DNA of 64,000 nucleotides, taken from assembly GCA_044238145.1 (NCBI GenBank), contig JBIIDT010000002.1:15719-79718 (forward strand), in the 5' to 3' direction. The position numbers were made by a program, and so were the translations under genes. Below the pieces are notes generated by a model. It made no database searches, was not told the DNA's origin, and saw nothing but the letters and a program-made list of their open reading frames with translations. Source of the DNA: Pirellulales bacterium (GTDB lineage Bacteria > Planctomycetota > Planctomycetia > Pirellulales > UBA1268). Of the stretch, positions 33,889 through 43,904 are shown piece after piece (position 1 is the first letter of the stretch; each line of letters opens with the position of its first letter).

Positions 33889-34310
33889 GGCGCCCCCGGC
33901 GCGGGCAGTCGGGCCGGCGGGACGCCGCCGACGTCGAACACGTGCTCGGACACAAAGTCCCGCGCGGCCGGAAAGAAGATCCGCACACGGGCGCACCAGC
34001 GCACCTTCACGATCACGCCCTCGTACGAGAGCGGGCTCGCCGGCAGGCGCGACGTGAACTCGCCGGCGCCGTCCGCGGGCACGGCGGCCTCCTCGAGCCG
34101 CTCGAAGAAGTGGACGCCGATGTCCTCTTCGCCCTTGCCCTCGGTGTACCAGAGGAGCGAATGCTCGACCGCCCGGATCCGCTCGTCGCCCACGCCATCG
34201 ATGCGGTAGCGGATGCGGCACTCGTCGCCCGGCCCGTAGCGCCGATCGGGGCGGTCGAACTGCACGGCGACGACGGGCGTGGGCTGCCGCCCCTCCGGTC
34301 CACGGCTCAT
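33885..34310 (-). CDS. Hypothetical protein, arrestin/SpoOM-like beta-sandwich (inferred)
   Basis: LLWYTEGKGEEDIGV, LPASPLSYEG..VRW; overlaps both neighbours by 4 nt. Confidence 0.6.
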   Translation of the reverse strand: MSRGPEGRQPTPVVAVQFDRPDRRYGPGDECRIRYRIDGVGDERIRAVEHSLLWYTEGKGEEDIGVHFFERLEEAAVPADGAGEFTSRLPASPLSYEGVIVKVRWCARVRIFFPAARDFVSEHVFDVGGVPPARLPAPGAP

Positions 34311-35614
34311 GAAAGCTCCCCGGCGGCGGGCGGCGACGGGAAGACCACGAGCGGAAAGACGCGGCGGAAGGGGGGCCAGCCGGTGGGCGTGCCGCGGACC
34401 ACGATCATCCACCGCACCGAGTTGTGCTCGGACGCGAACGAATGCATCGCGGTGGCGGGCAGGTTCACCGTGGCGTGGGCCTCGAAACGCGTCCCCGGCG
34501 AGAGCTGCACCTCCCGCCAGCCGTGGATCGGCTGTCGCCAGACGACGAGCCGCTCGCTGCGGGTGTCGGTGCCCTGCCGGAAGGTCGCCTGCTCCTCGAG
34601 TTCGAGGTCGAGGGCGATCTCGCGGAACACGCCCACGCCCGCCTGGGCCACCATCAGGCCATAGCTGCCCCCGGGCCGCAGCGGGTGGTCGGCGATCTCG
34701 AGCTGCGTCGTGCCCACGGCGGTGGCGAGGATGAAGCCCCGGATGAAGACCGTGATGCCGGCGACGCCCACCACCGCGAACGGGAGGAGGAGGGCGAACA
34801 GGAGCCAATCCCGCCGTCCTCCGATGAGGTCGATGCCGGCCTGCACGGCGAACACCGCCAGCACGGCGTTCCAGAGCAGGGCGAACAGGCCGAAGCCGAG
34901 GAGCGTCCAGTTTTCCGGGCTCTCGATCGGCAGGCGGTAGCGGAGGATCGTGCCGGGCGAGTTCATCAGGTCGTCGCAGGCGGGCACGCCCGGGTGATCG
35001 GGCGCGGCCCGTGGAGCGTGACCGAGCGGATGGAACAGGTCGGTGATCCCCGCGGCGACGGCCTGGTGCTCCTCCGACTTGCCCCAGCGGCTCACCGCCC
35101 GCAGCAGCCCCGTGCCGCCGAAGGCGACCAGCGCTCCCGGCAGCAGCAGCGCGAGCAGCCACGTCGGCCAGTTGTAGCCACGCTGGAGCACGAGCGTGCC
35201 CGGGGCGGCCGGGTCGTACCACGCCGGCACTTCGGCGCCGAGTTTCCAGGCCGCCAGCCTGCGGATGGCCGCGTCGCGATCCCCGCCCGTGGCCACCGGA
35301 GCCGGATAGGCCCAGGCTTCCCGCGGGTCGCCCGCGGCCTGGTAGCGGACGAGGACGGCCGGATGCCACGAGCCGGGCGGCCGGTCGGCGACCCGCCGCT
35401 CGATCCGCCGGCCGACGACCGTACCCGTGGTGGCCAGGTAATCGTGGTTGATCCGCCACTCCGGCACCGCCACGCCGGAGACGAGCAGGCCGCCAAAGAC
35501 CAGCCCCACGAGGAGCAAGGCCGCGTGGAAGGCGGCGTCGCCGACCGTGCCCCAGGCCTGAGAGCCCGTCCGCCGGTGGCCGCGCTTCTTGCCGAAAATC
35601 CGCGGCAGCCTCAC
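34307..35614 (-). CDS. DUF3592-like membrane protein with C-terminal soluble beta domain
   Basis: TM-TGTVV...VRY...VPAWYDPAAP-TM pattern of DUF3592, two more TMs, then LPATAMHSF..VRW domain. Confidence 0.65.
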   Translation of the reverse strand: MRLPRIFGKKRGHRRTGSQAWGTVGDAAFHAALLLVGLVFGGLLVSGVAVPEWRINHDYLATTGTVVGRRIERRVADRPPGSWHPAVLVRYQAAGDPREAWAYPAPVATGGDRDAAIRRLAAWKLGAEVPAWYDPAAPGTLVLQRGYNWPTWLLALLLPGALVAFGGTGLLRAVSRWGKSEEHQAVAAGITDLFHPLGHAPRAAPDHPGVPACDDLMNSPGTILRYRLPIESPENWTLLGFGLFALLWNAVLAVFAVQAGIDLIGGRRDWLLFALLLPFAVVGVAGITVFIRGFILATAVGTTQLEIADHPLRPGGSYGLMVAQAGVGVFREIALDLELEEQATFRQGTDTRSERLVVWRQPIHGWREVQLSPGTRFEAHATVNLPATAMHSFASEHNSVRWMIVVRGTPTGWPPFRRVFPLVVFPSPPAAGELS

Positions 35615-35635
35615 GAACGACCCCCCCGGCCGCGG

Positions 35636-35938
35636 TCAGCCCGCCTGGGCGACCGCCTCCGCACGCTTGGCTTCCACATCGTCCGCCGGCCGCTGGGTGC
35701 GGAAGAAACCGATCTTCTCCAGGGCCTTGTAGACCTCCTCCAGCGTCTTCTCGCCGAAATTGGAGATCGAGAGCAGGTCGGCGCGGGTGCAGTTGAGCAG
35801 GTCGTGCACGGTGAAGATGCCCCGCTCCTCGAGGCAGTTGGTGGTGCGGACGGACAGCCCGATCTCGGCCGTACTCATTTCGAGTTTCTCGGCCATCTCG
35901 TCCGATTGCGTCAGGTTCTTGTACGGAATGCGCGGCAT
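35636..35938 (-). CDS. Stand-alone RNA polymerase alpha-CTD domain protein
   Basis: GLSVRTTNCLEERGIFTVHDLL...LLSISNFGEKTLEEV matches the alpha-CTD consensus; only 100 aa. Confidence 0.85.
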   Translation of the reverse strand: MPRIPYKNLTQSDEMAEKLEMSTAEIGLSVRTTNCLEERGIFTVHDLLNCTRADLLSISNFGEKTLEEVYKALEKIGFFRTQRPADDVEAKRAEAVAQAG

Positions 35939-36126
35939 GGGGTCCCTCCCGTGCGTGTCGATCCTCGGTTCGCCGGACCGGTGCGCCTGTCGCACCCGTT
36001 CCCGGCCGCGGGAATATAATCGATGGCGACGAAAACCGGCTACCTGGGGCGGCCCGGGGCGGAGGGGCGCTTGCCCCACTCGCCGGGTCAGCCCGGCTTC
36101 ACGTTCGCCGGCGATGCGGAGAAAGC

Positions 36127-38526
36127 GTGTCCTTTTCCCTGGCAGGGCTGAACGAATCGCAGCGGCGCGCGGCCACGCACGTCGAGGGGCCGCTGTTGGT
36201 GCTGGCAGGCCCCGGCAGCGGCAAGACCCGCGTCGTGACCCATCGGGTGGCCCACCTGATCGCGGCGGGCGTGCCGGCGCACACGATCGTGGCCCTGTCG
36301 TTCACGAACAAGGCGGCCGATGAGATGCGCCGGCGGGTGGCCGAACTGGTCGGGCCGCAGCCGGTCGAGATGGGCACGTTCCACCGCTTCGCCGCCCGGC
36401 TGCTGCGGCGTCACGCCCGGCAGGTGGGGCTGACGAGCGACTATTCGATCTTCGACACCGACGACGCCCACGCGGTGCTCAAGCGGGCCGCGAAGAAGCT
36501 CGGCCTGCCCCTGTCCCACACGCCGATCGACCGCATCGCGGGGATCATCAGTCGGGCCAAGAACGACCTGCTCACACCCCAGTCGTTCGAACCCCGCTGG
36601 GGCCGGCCGGCCGACGAGGTGGCCCAGCGGCTGTGGCCGGTGTATCAGGAGTTCCTCCTCCGGGCCAACGCGGTCGACTTCGACGACCTGCTCGTCCACG
36701 TGGCCCGGCTGCTGGCCGACGACCCCGGGCTGCGGGCGGCCCTCGACGACCGGCACCGCTTCATCCTCGTCGACGAGTACCAGGACACCAACGCCGTCCA
36801 GTACTGCATCCTCCGCGGCCTGTCGATCGACCACCCGCACCTGGCCGTCACCGGCGATCCCGACCAGGCGATCTACGGCTGGCGCGGGGCGAGCATTCGC
36901 AACATCCTCGAGTTCGAGCGCGACTATCCCGCCGCCGCGGTCGTGAAGCTAGAGCGGAATTATCGCAGCACCGCCAACATCCTCGGCACCGCCGACCGGC
37001 TCATCGCCCACAACGCCCGCCGCAAGCCGAAGCGGCTCGTGACCGATGCGCCGCCTGGTGCTCCGGTGCGGATCGTGCTCGACGCCTCGGGCCACGACGA
37101 GGCCGACCGGATCGCCGCCGAGATCGCCGCCGCGGTGCGCGAGGGCCGCCGCGGCCCGCGCGACTTCGCGATCCTGTTCCGCACCAACGCGCTGTCGCGG
37201 TCGATCGAGGTCGCGCTCCGCGGCCGGGGCATCCCCTACCAGCTCGTCCGCGGGCTCGAGTTCTTCCAGCGGCGCGAGATCCGCGACGTGGTCGCCTGGC
37301 TGCGGCTCCTGAAGAACCCGCGCGACGACGAGGCCTTCCTGCGCGTGGTCAACGTGCCGCCCCGCGGCATCGGCCGGCAGTCGCTCGACCGGCTGGCCGC
37401 CTGGGCCGACGACACGAAGTCGACGCGGCTCGAGGCCGCGGCCCAGGCGGCCCGGATTCAGGGGATGCCGGCCCGGGCGGCGACCTCCCTGGCGGCGTTC
37501 GCCCGCCTCCACGCCCGGCTCGGGGAGACCGCTGGCCGCGAGGCCTCGGTCGCGACCCTCCTCGAGCGGGTGCTCGAGGACACGGGCTACCGGCGGATGC
37601 TCGCCGAGGAGCAGGAGGACGACGAGGAGGGGCAGGACCGGCTGGCGAACGTCGAGGAACTGGTCACGGCCGCCCGGCAGTTCGACGCGGAGTTCCGCCC
37701 CGATCCCGCCGCCGGCCCCGAGGCCGTCGACCCGCTCGGCGGATTCCTGGAGACGACGGCGCTCGTCGCCGACACCGACGTCTGGGACCCGGGCAGCGAG
37801 CGGGTGGCCCTCATGACCTACCACGCCGCCAAGGGACTCGAGTTCCCGGTGGTGTACCTCGTGGCGATGGAGGATGGCATCCTGCCGCACGAGCGGAGCC
37901 TCGAGAACGCGGAGCAGCTCGAGGAGGAACGCCGGCTCGTGTTCGTGGGCATCACCCGCGGTCGCGAGGAGGTGCACGCCAGCGCCGCCCGGATGCGCGA
38001 CTACCGCGGCACCCGCCGCGTCTCGGCGCCGAGCCTGTTCCTCACCGAGATGACCGGCAGCGAGACGGTGGTCACGGGCGCGGAGGCGCCGGCCGACGAC
38101 GACGGCCCGCGGTTCGATCCCTTCGGCGACGCCGCCCGTCGATCCGCCGCCGAGGTCGACGAGTATTCGCAGCTGGCCGACGAGCCGGCACGGCCCGCGC
38201 CGGCCGCGCGGAGCCGGGCCGACGGCCTGGTGCTCGAACTCGACGACGCGCCGCCCGGAGAGCGGCCGCGGCGCCGCCGTGCCGCCGAGGCGGCCATCGA
38301 GCGGGCCACGGATCTCGCCCTGCGGATGGCCGGCCGGCAGCCGGCGGCCCGCGCCTACGAGGCGGGGCAGCGGGTGCGGCACGCCGAGTACGGTGAGGGT
38401 GTGATCGCCGGGATCAGCGGCACCGGGCCGCGGGCGGTGGGCACCGTGATCTTCGACGGGCCGGCCGGCACGCGAAAGTTCATCCTCGGCCACGGCGCCC
38501 TCGAGCCCGCCGAGGCGGCATCGTGA
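36127..38526 (+). CDS. uvrD: UvrD/PcrA SF1 DNA helicase
   Basis: AGPGSGKT, DEYQD, GDPDQAIYGWRGA, NYRS, HAAKGLEF, EEERRL; TATAAT at 36015-36020 upstream. Confidence 0.93.
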   Translation: MSFSLAGLNESQRRAATHVEGPLLVLAGPGSGKTRVVTHRVAHLIAAGVPAHTIVALSFTNKAADEMRRRVAELVGPQPVEMGTFHRFAARLLRRHARQVGLTSDYSIFDTDDAHAVLKRAAKKLGLPLSHTPIDRIAGIISRAKNDLLTPQSFEPRWGRPADEVAQRLWPVYQEFLLRANAVDFDDLLVHVARLLADDPGLRAALDDRHRFILVDEYQDTNAVQYCILRGLSIDHPHLAVTGDPDQAIYGWRGASIRNILEFERDYPAAAVVKLERNYRSTANILGTADRLIAHNARRKPKRLVTDAPPGAPVRIVLDASGHDEADRIAAEIAAAVREGRRGPRDFAILFRTNALSRSIEVALRGRGIPYQLVRGLEFFQRREIRDVVAWLRLLKNPRDDEAFLRVVNVPPRGIGRQSLDRLAAWADDTKSTRLEAAAQAARIQGMPARAATSLAAFARLHARLGETAGREASVATLLERVLEDTGYRRMLAEEQEDDEEGQDRLANVEELVTAARQFDAEFRPDPAAGPEAVDPLGGFLETTALVADTDVWDPGSERVALMTYHAAKGLEFPVVYLVAMEDGILPHERSLENAEQLEEERRLVFVGITRGREEVHASAARMRDYRGTRRVSAPSLFLTEMTGSETVVTGAEAPADDDGPRFDPFGDAARRSAAEVDEYSQLADEPARPAPAARSRADGLVLELDDAPPGERPRRRRAAEAAIERATDLALRMAGRQPAARAYEAGQRVRHAEYGEGVIAGISGTGPRAVGTVIFDGPAGTRKFILGHGALEPAEAAS

Positions 38527-39296
38527 TGACGACGGAGAACCCCTACGAGCCGCCCCACAGCGACGAGCTCCGACCGGCACGCGGGTGCTCATGGATCACC
38601 TGGCTGGCTGTCGCAGGCGTCGGCGGGCTGATCCTCCTGGCGATCCTGCTCCCCATGTCGCGGCGTGACGTGCCCCAAGTGGCCCGCCGCTTCGCCTGCT
38701 CGAACAAACTCCGCCAGATCGCCCAGGCGATGCTGATGTACGAGCAGCAGCACGGTACCCTGCCGCCGGCCTGCACCCGCGACGCCGAAGGCCGGCCGCT
38801 GCACAGTTGGCGGACGCTCATCCTGCCGTATCTCGAAGAAAAGGAACTCTTCGATACGATCGATCTGACGAAGCCGTGGGACGACCCGGCCAACGCCGCG
38901 GCGGGCGGGCGGATGCCGAGCGTCTACCGCTGTCCCGGTGCGGAACTGCCGGCGGGGCGGACGACCTACATGGTCGTCGTGTCGCCCGAGGGCTGCTTCC
39001 GCCCGGATCGCTCCGTGACGCTCGACGAGGTGCCGAAGCCATCGCAGACGCTGCTCGTCGCGGAGTTCCCCATCGACGGCGCCGTGCCCTGGATGGCTCC
39101 GGAGGACGCCGACGAGGAGATGTTCGTGACGATGGGCCCGGGCAAGCCGCCGGCCCACGGCGGGGGCGTGACGAACATCGCCTTCGCGGACACACGCGTG
39201 CAGGCCGTCGTTCCCGGCGACACGACCGAGTTCGACGCGGACGTCCGCCGTGGCCTGATCAGCACCGCGGCGGAGACGCCGGCCGAGATCGAGTGA
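38523..39296 (+). CDS. DUF1559 domain protein
   Basis: ILLP..ARR..CSNKLRQI, LPPA, HSWRTLILPYLE, H.GG..NIAFAD. Confidence 0.88.
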   Translation: MMTTENPYEPPHSDELRPARGCSWITWLAVAGVGGLILLAILLPMSRRDVPQVARRFACSNKLRQIAQAMLMYEQQHGTLPPACTRDAEGRPLHSWRTLILPYLEEKELFDTIDLTKPWDDPANAAAGGRMPSVYRCPGAELPAGRTTYMVVVSPEGCFRPDRSVTLDEVPKPSQTLLVAEFPIDGAVPWMAPEDADEEMFVTMGPGKPPAHGGGVTNIAFADTRVQAVVPGDTTEFDADVRRGLISTAAETPAEIE

Positions 39297-39915
39297 GCAG
39301 CCACGCTTCGTGCGCCCCCAGCGGCCCGAGCCACGACGCCCAGGCCGAGACAGGGTAGAGCCAGTTCGCGTCGCAGCGGGCGAGGAATGCCATGCCGGCG
39401 ATCAGCCGCAGCACCACGGCCGAGCAGAGGAGGATGAAGAGCCGCGTCATCCAGGCCTCGTGGGCCGCGAATTGCCGTTGCAACGCCGCCCGCCAGCCGA
39501 GCACCGCGCAGGCGGCCGTCGCCACGGCCAGCGTCGCGAACCCGAGCCCCGCGACCACGCCGGTGGCTGCGAAGGCCGACATCACGAGGCCGCTGGGCAC
39601 GAGCACGAGCAGCACGACGCCCACCTGCACGCGGCCGAGTGCACGGTGCCAGACGGGCGCTCGGCGGCGCACGGTGGCGTTCAGCAGGGCCAGGCCGAGG
39701 AGGAGCGCGACCGGCCCCGCGACGAGATGGGCGTAGAACGCCCAGCGGTAGCCGCCCCGGAACGATGCTTCGCGGCCGACGAGAAAGTCGCTCGAGAAGT
39801 CGGGCGGCAGGTATCGCGGGTAGTTTCGCAGGATTCCGGCGAGCACCACGCACACGAGCAGCGCCGTCAGCGGCTTGAGCAGCGGCTGCGGATCGACGAG
39901 GAGGCCGGCACGCAC
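39259..39915 (-). CDS. DUF2306-like membrane protein
   Basis: FYAH, HRALGR, HEAWMTR motifs with about six TM segments. Confidence 0.75.
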   Translation of the reverse strand: MRAGLLVDPQPLLKPLTALLVCVVLAGILRNYPRYLPPDFSSDFLVGREASFRGGYRWAFYAHLVAGPVALLLGLALLNATVRRRAPVWHRALGRVQVGVVLLVLVPSGLVMSAFAATGVVAGLGFATLAVATAACAVLGWRAALQRQFAAHEAWMTRLFILLCSAVVLRLIAGMAFLARCDANWLYPVSAWASWLGPLGAHEAWLLTRSRPASPPRC

Positions 39916-39924
39916 GGCGACACG

Positions 39925-42645
39925 TCACCGCCGCGGGGCGGCGGGGGCCCGGGCGGCTGGCAGCCGGGCCCTGCCCTGCTGCGGGGCTCGGACGGCCGGG
40001 CTGGTGGCGGCGGGCGGCTCGGCGGCGCCGTCCAAGGCGAGCGCGAACCAGCCGTCGGTGCTCACCACCTGCACGGCCCGCAGGTCGGCCAGCCGCGGGT
40101 TCTTCACGACCGACGCCGGCAACAGGGCGATCGGCCGCTCCTTGGGGAAAATCTTGGCGAAGATCGTCCGCAGCGGGATCTCGAGCGCCTTGCGGTCGGC
40201 GAGATGCACCTGCCCGGAACGCTCGAGGAGCACCTGCGGGCCCGACGACGTCGGCTGATAGGCGACCTCGGCGACCACGTCGTACCACGACCGGCGACCA
40301 CTCTCGATGGCGTCGAGCGCCAGCCGAATGCGGACGAGACCGTCACGGAACTCGATCCGCAGCGGCTGCTCGGCGGCGAACGACACGCTCACGCCCTCCG
40401 GCAGGTCGTCGGGAATCCGCGGCTCGAGCCCCAGTCGGCGGCAGATCATGCGGATCAGGTCCTCGAGCGGGAACGTGCGGCCCGCCAGATCCAGCCGCTC
40501 GGAGCCGTTGTTGAGGGTCGACTCGTGCACCTGCACGCCGAGCAGAGACTCGGCGGGAGCCCGCGGCCGCGGGGTGTGCGCGGCGAGCTGGGCCGCGGCC
40601 GCGAGCCGCAGCCGCACCGTGGCCTGGTCGGAGGTCGACTCCAGGGCGACGGCCGTCGGCTCGAGCCCGAGCGCCACCATCGGGTTCCAGATCCGTTCGC
40701 GGACCTTCTCGGCCATCTCGTCGAACTTCGGCTCGGACTGCTCGTCCACCTGGCGACAGGCCCGCGTGATGATCTTCTCGTTGACCTCGCGGGCGGCCTG
40801 CGGCTTGCTCTCGTCGGCCTGGTTCCGCACGATCCGCTGCATCAGCGATCCCATCAGCGGCACGCCGTCGAAGCTCGTCTGGATCGTTCCCAGCTGCGAC
40901 TGGTTGGAGGCGCTGCCCAGGGCCGTGCCGAAGGCCAGCCCGGCAGCTGACAGGCTGACCGGCTTGCGGACGGTGAAGCTCGCCTCGCCCCGCGAGTGGA
41001 TGGCGGCGGGCCCGGCGTCGGTGACCGTCCGCGAAGCGACCTCGCCACGGACGAGCAGTTCGAGACGGATCTTGTCGGCATCGGGCACGAAGGCCACGGC
41101 CATCGTCTGCTCCACGGTGCTCGTCCCCCGCACCTTGCGGCCGAGCACGAAGTCCTGCATCGGGCTGGTCGTGACCGTCGCCTCCGGCAGCATCCGTTCG
41201 ACGAACCGGCGGTGGACGGCCACCCGCACGTTGGGCGCCATGTAGTGATCGGCGATCGTCCGTGCGAGGTCGGCCGTGCGAGACGAGGCGGCCGCGGCGA
41301 TCGCCTGCAGGGCCGCCTTGGCGGCGGCGGCGTCGGCCGGCGCCGACGCGGACTCGAACCGCTCCAGGGCGTCGAGCAGCCGGGCGGTCTCCGCCTCGAG
41401 CTGGGCGACGGCGAGCCGCCCGTCGAGTTCCGCGGTCGGCACGCGGGCGGAGGTCCCGGCGAGCTCCGCACACAGCGCGACGGCGGCCCGCCACGCGGCG
41501 ACCCGCCGGGCCACCGCCAGCGCCGCCCGGCGGGTGAGCGATGCGAGGCCGGGATCCGTCAGGCCATCGCCGGCGGTCATGCCGGCCGGCACCATCTCGC
41601 CGAGCGACAAAAGCGCGGCGTCGGCGCGAGGATCGGCCGGCCCGGCGGTGGCCAGCGCGTCGTCGAGCCGCGCGCGGCTCGATGCGACCCACTCCGCGAC
41701 GGCGGCGACGCCGGGCTGGCCGCCGCGGGACGCCTGGGCGACGTGGTCGAACTGTTCGCGGAGCCGCGCCGGGTCGGGCCAGCGGGTGATCGCCGGTGAG
41801 TCCGTCCCCGCCGCGGCCGCCGCCTCCGGCCCGCCGTCGCCGGACGCGAGCGGCCGCCGGTCGCCTCGCAGCCGGTCGAGCAACCGTCCGGCGCGGAGCG
41901 GGCCGGCCTGCGGCGTGGCGGCGGTCCCATCGGGCCGACGATCCGCGAAAATGCCCCGCCGGCGACCGACCGGCAACGACGCGGCGGCCGACCCGGTCGC
42001 CTGACCCTGGTCCGCCGCTGCATCCGACCAATTCACCCGCTCCGGGTCGTTCCACTCTTCGCCGGGCAGCGGCGCGGGGCCCGGTGGCGGCGGCGATTCG
42101 TGGGGCGGTGGTGGATCCGCGGGGATCACCGCCGGCTGATCCTCGGCCGGTCGCCGGACCCGATCGACGAGCGCCTTGAGTTCCTCGGGCGGCGGCTCTG
42201 GCGCGGCGACCGGCTCGACGGCGAGGAGTTCCGGCTCGGCGACGGTCGGAGCCCCGAGAGCCTGCCCCTGTGGGGACGCCGCCGGCGCCGCCGCGTGCTC
42301 GACGCGGCTGGTGGTGCCGCTCGCCGCCGTCGGCAACGCCTGTGACTGGATGCCCGTGAAGATCGGCCCGAGGCTCTCGGCGAGGGCGAGCCGCTCCGGC
42401 GGCCGTTCGAGGGCGGCGGCCATGTCGGCGAAGCCGCCCACGGGTGGGCGATCCCGCCCGACCTCGACCGCGGCGGATGCACCGGCCGGCGCGGCGACCG
42501 GCTCCGTGGCGGTGGCCGGGGCCTCGAGGCCGAAGTACGGCTCCGGCACCGGCTCTAGGAGGCTGTGCGATGTGACGGCGGCAGCGAAGAAGCCGCCGCC
42601 CGTGAGCGCCAGAGTCAGAACGATCGCTGCCCGCCTGTCGAACAT
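39925..42645 (-). CDS. Large exported hypothetical protein (906 aa)
   Basis: Signal/TM N-terminus, Pro/Ala-rich spacer, helical middle, long beta-rich C-terminal half. Confidence 0.65.
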   Translation of the reverse strand: MFDRRAAIVLTLALTGGGFFAAAVTSHSLLEPVPEPYFGLEAPATATEPVAAPAGASAAVEVGRDRPPVGGFADMAAALERPPERLALAESLGPIFTGIQSQALPTAASGTTSRVEHAAAPAASPQGQALGAPTVAEPELLAVEPVAAPEPPPEELKALVDRVRRPAEDQPAVIPADPPPPHESPPPPGPAPLPGEEWNDPERVNWSDAAADQGQATGSAAASLPVGRRRGIFADRRPDGTAATPQAGPLRAGRLLDRLRGDRRPLASGDGGPEAAAAAGTDSPAITRWPDPARLREQFDHVAQASRGGQPGVAAVAEWVASSRARLDDALATAGPADPRADAALLSLGEMVPAGMTAGDGLTDPGLASLTRRAALAVARRVAAWRAAVALCAELAGTSARVPTAELDGRLAVAQLEAETARLLDALERFESASAPADAAAAKAALQAIAAAASSRTADLARTIADHYMAPNVRVAVHRRFVERMLPEATVTTSPMQDFVLGRKVRGTSTVEQTMAVAFVPDADKIRLELLVRGEVASRTVTDAGPAAIHSRGEASFTVRKPVSLSAAGLAFGTALGSASNQSQLGTIQTSFDGVPLMGSLMQRIVRNQADESKPQAAREVNEKIITRACRQVDEQSEPKFDEMAEKVRERIWNPMVALGLEPTAVALESTSDQATVRLRLAAAAQLAAHTPRPRAPAESLLGVQVHESTLNNGSERLDLAGRTFPLEDLIRMICRRLGLEPRIPDDLPEGVSVSFAAEQPLRIEFRDGLVRIRLALDAIESGRRSWYDVVAEVAYQPTSSGPQVLLERSGQVHLADRKALEIPLRTIFAKIFPKERPIALLPASVVKNPRLADLRAVQVVSTDGWFALALDGAAEPPAATSPAVRAPQQGRARLPAARAPAAPRR

Positions 42646-42853
42646 GCCCTGGCCGCCCCCGTCCTGGCGTCGCGGACACGACGCGATCGCGTCGCCATCC
42701 AGGCGGTTGGATCGTCACGCACGACCGGAAAAATCGGCGCACGCCCGGTGGGCCGCAGGCTTTGCCACGCCGCGTTCGTCGGGCCGGCCGGCCCGGTCGC
42801 GGGGCGGAAAGCGGCGGAGTTCGGGCAGGCGAGGGCGTGGGGACGGGGGCCGT

Positions 42854-43900
42854 TCAGGCAAGCCCGGCGAGACGGGGCTCTTCGAGAATCGCCGTCCAGG
42901 CGTCGACGAGCACGGTGAGGTTGGCGTTCCGCTCGATGCCGTCGAGGGCGTCGAGCGTGTGCTGGAGCGCGGCGGCCGTGGCGTCGGGATCGGCCACCCA
43001 GGCCGCCGTGGCCCGCCTGAAGCCCGCGTCGGCGGGGGCCGCGCCCATGACGGCCTCGCGGGTCGCCGCATGGAGGAGGTCGACGACCGTCTCGAGCACC
43101 AGCCGCAATCGCGCCCGCCGGGGGGGCGCCTCCTTGCCGGCCGCCTCCACGACGGCGAGCGTGTCGCGGGCGAGTTCGACACCCGGCAGCGGCCGGCGAC
43201 CGAGGAGCTCGAGCAGCCGACCGCGGAACTCCGCGAGCGCCGGATCGGCGAGCGCGCGGCCGCGGGTGAGGCTGCCCCCCGCCGCCGCGGCCCGCCGGTG
43301 CACCGCCTCCCGATCGACGGTGCCGCCCGCGAGCGCGGCCTCGGCAGCGAGGATCCGTTCCACCGCGTCGTCGGGAAGCGGGCGAAAGCGGACGATCTGG
43401 CACCGCGAGCGGATGGTGGGCAGCTGACGCTCGACGCCCGTGCCGACGAGGATGATCACCGCGCCCGCCGGCGGCTCCTCCAGCGTCTTGAGCAGGCAGT
43501 TGGCCGCCTCCTCGGCGAGGTGATCGGCGTCGAGGACGATCGCCACCTTCCGCGTGCCGAGGGCGGGCCGCAGCAGGAGCCGCCACACGAGCCCCTCCCG
43601 CATCCGCTGCTCGCCGGCGCCGATGAGCAGGTCGAGGGGAATGGTGGCTCGGTCCTCGGGCTTGGCGACCACGTCGATGTCGGGATGGCTGCCGGCCGCC
43701 GCCTGGATGCAGGAGACACACTGGCCGCAGGGCACGAGTCCGGGCCCGGCCGCCGCGCAGGTGAGTGCCTTGGCCAGCGCCATGGCGAACGTGCCCTTGC
43801 CGACCCCGGGGGGACCCACGAACAGATACGAGCCCGCGACCCGCCCCCGGGCCTGCGCGGCGACGATCGCGTCGTGTCCCTCGATGCCCTGCCACGCCAT
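42854..43900 (-). CDS. holB: DNA polymerase III subunit delta'
   Basis: GPPGVGK, C..CGQCVSC, HPD, AANCLLKTLEEPP, TIRSRC; follows tmk. Confidence 0.92.
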   Translation of the reverse strand: MAWQGIEGHDAIVAAQARGRVAGSYLFVGPPGVGKGTFAMALAKALTCAAAGPGLVPCGQCVSCIQAAAGSHPDIDVVAKPEDRATIPLDLLIGAGEQRMREGLVWRLLLRPALGTRKVAIVLDADHLAEEAANCLLKTLEEPPAGAVIILVGTGVERQLPTIRSRCQIVRFRPLPDDAVERILAAEAALAGGTVDREAVHRRAAAAGGSLTRGRALADPALAEFRGRLLELLGRRPLPGVELARDTLAVVEAAGKEAPPRRARLRLVLETVVDLLHAATREAVMGAAPADAGFRRATAAWVADPDATAAALQHTLDALDGIERNANLTVLVDAWTAILEEPRLAGLA

Positions 43901-43904
43901 GGGT

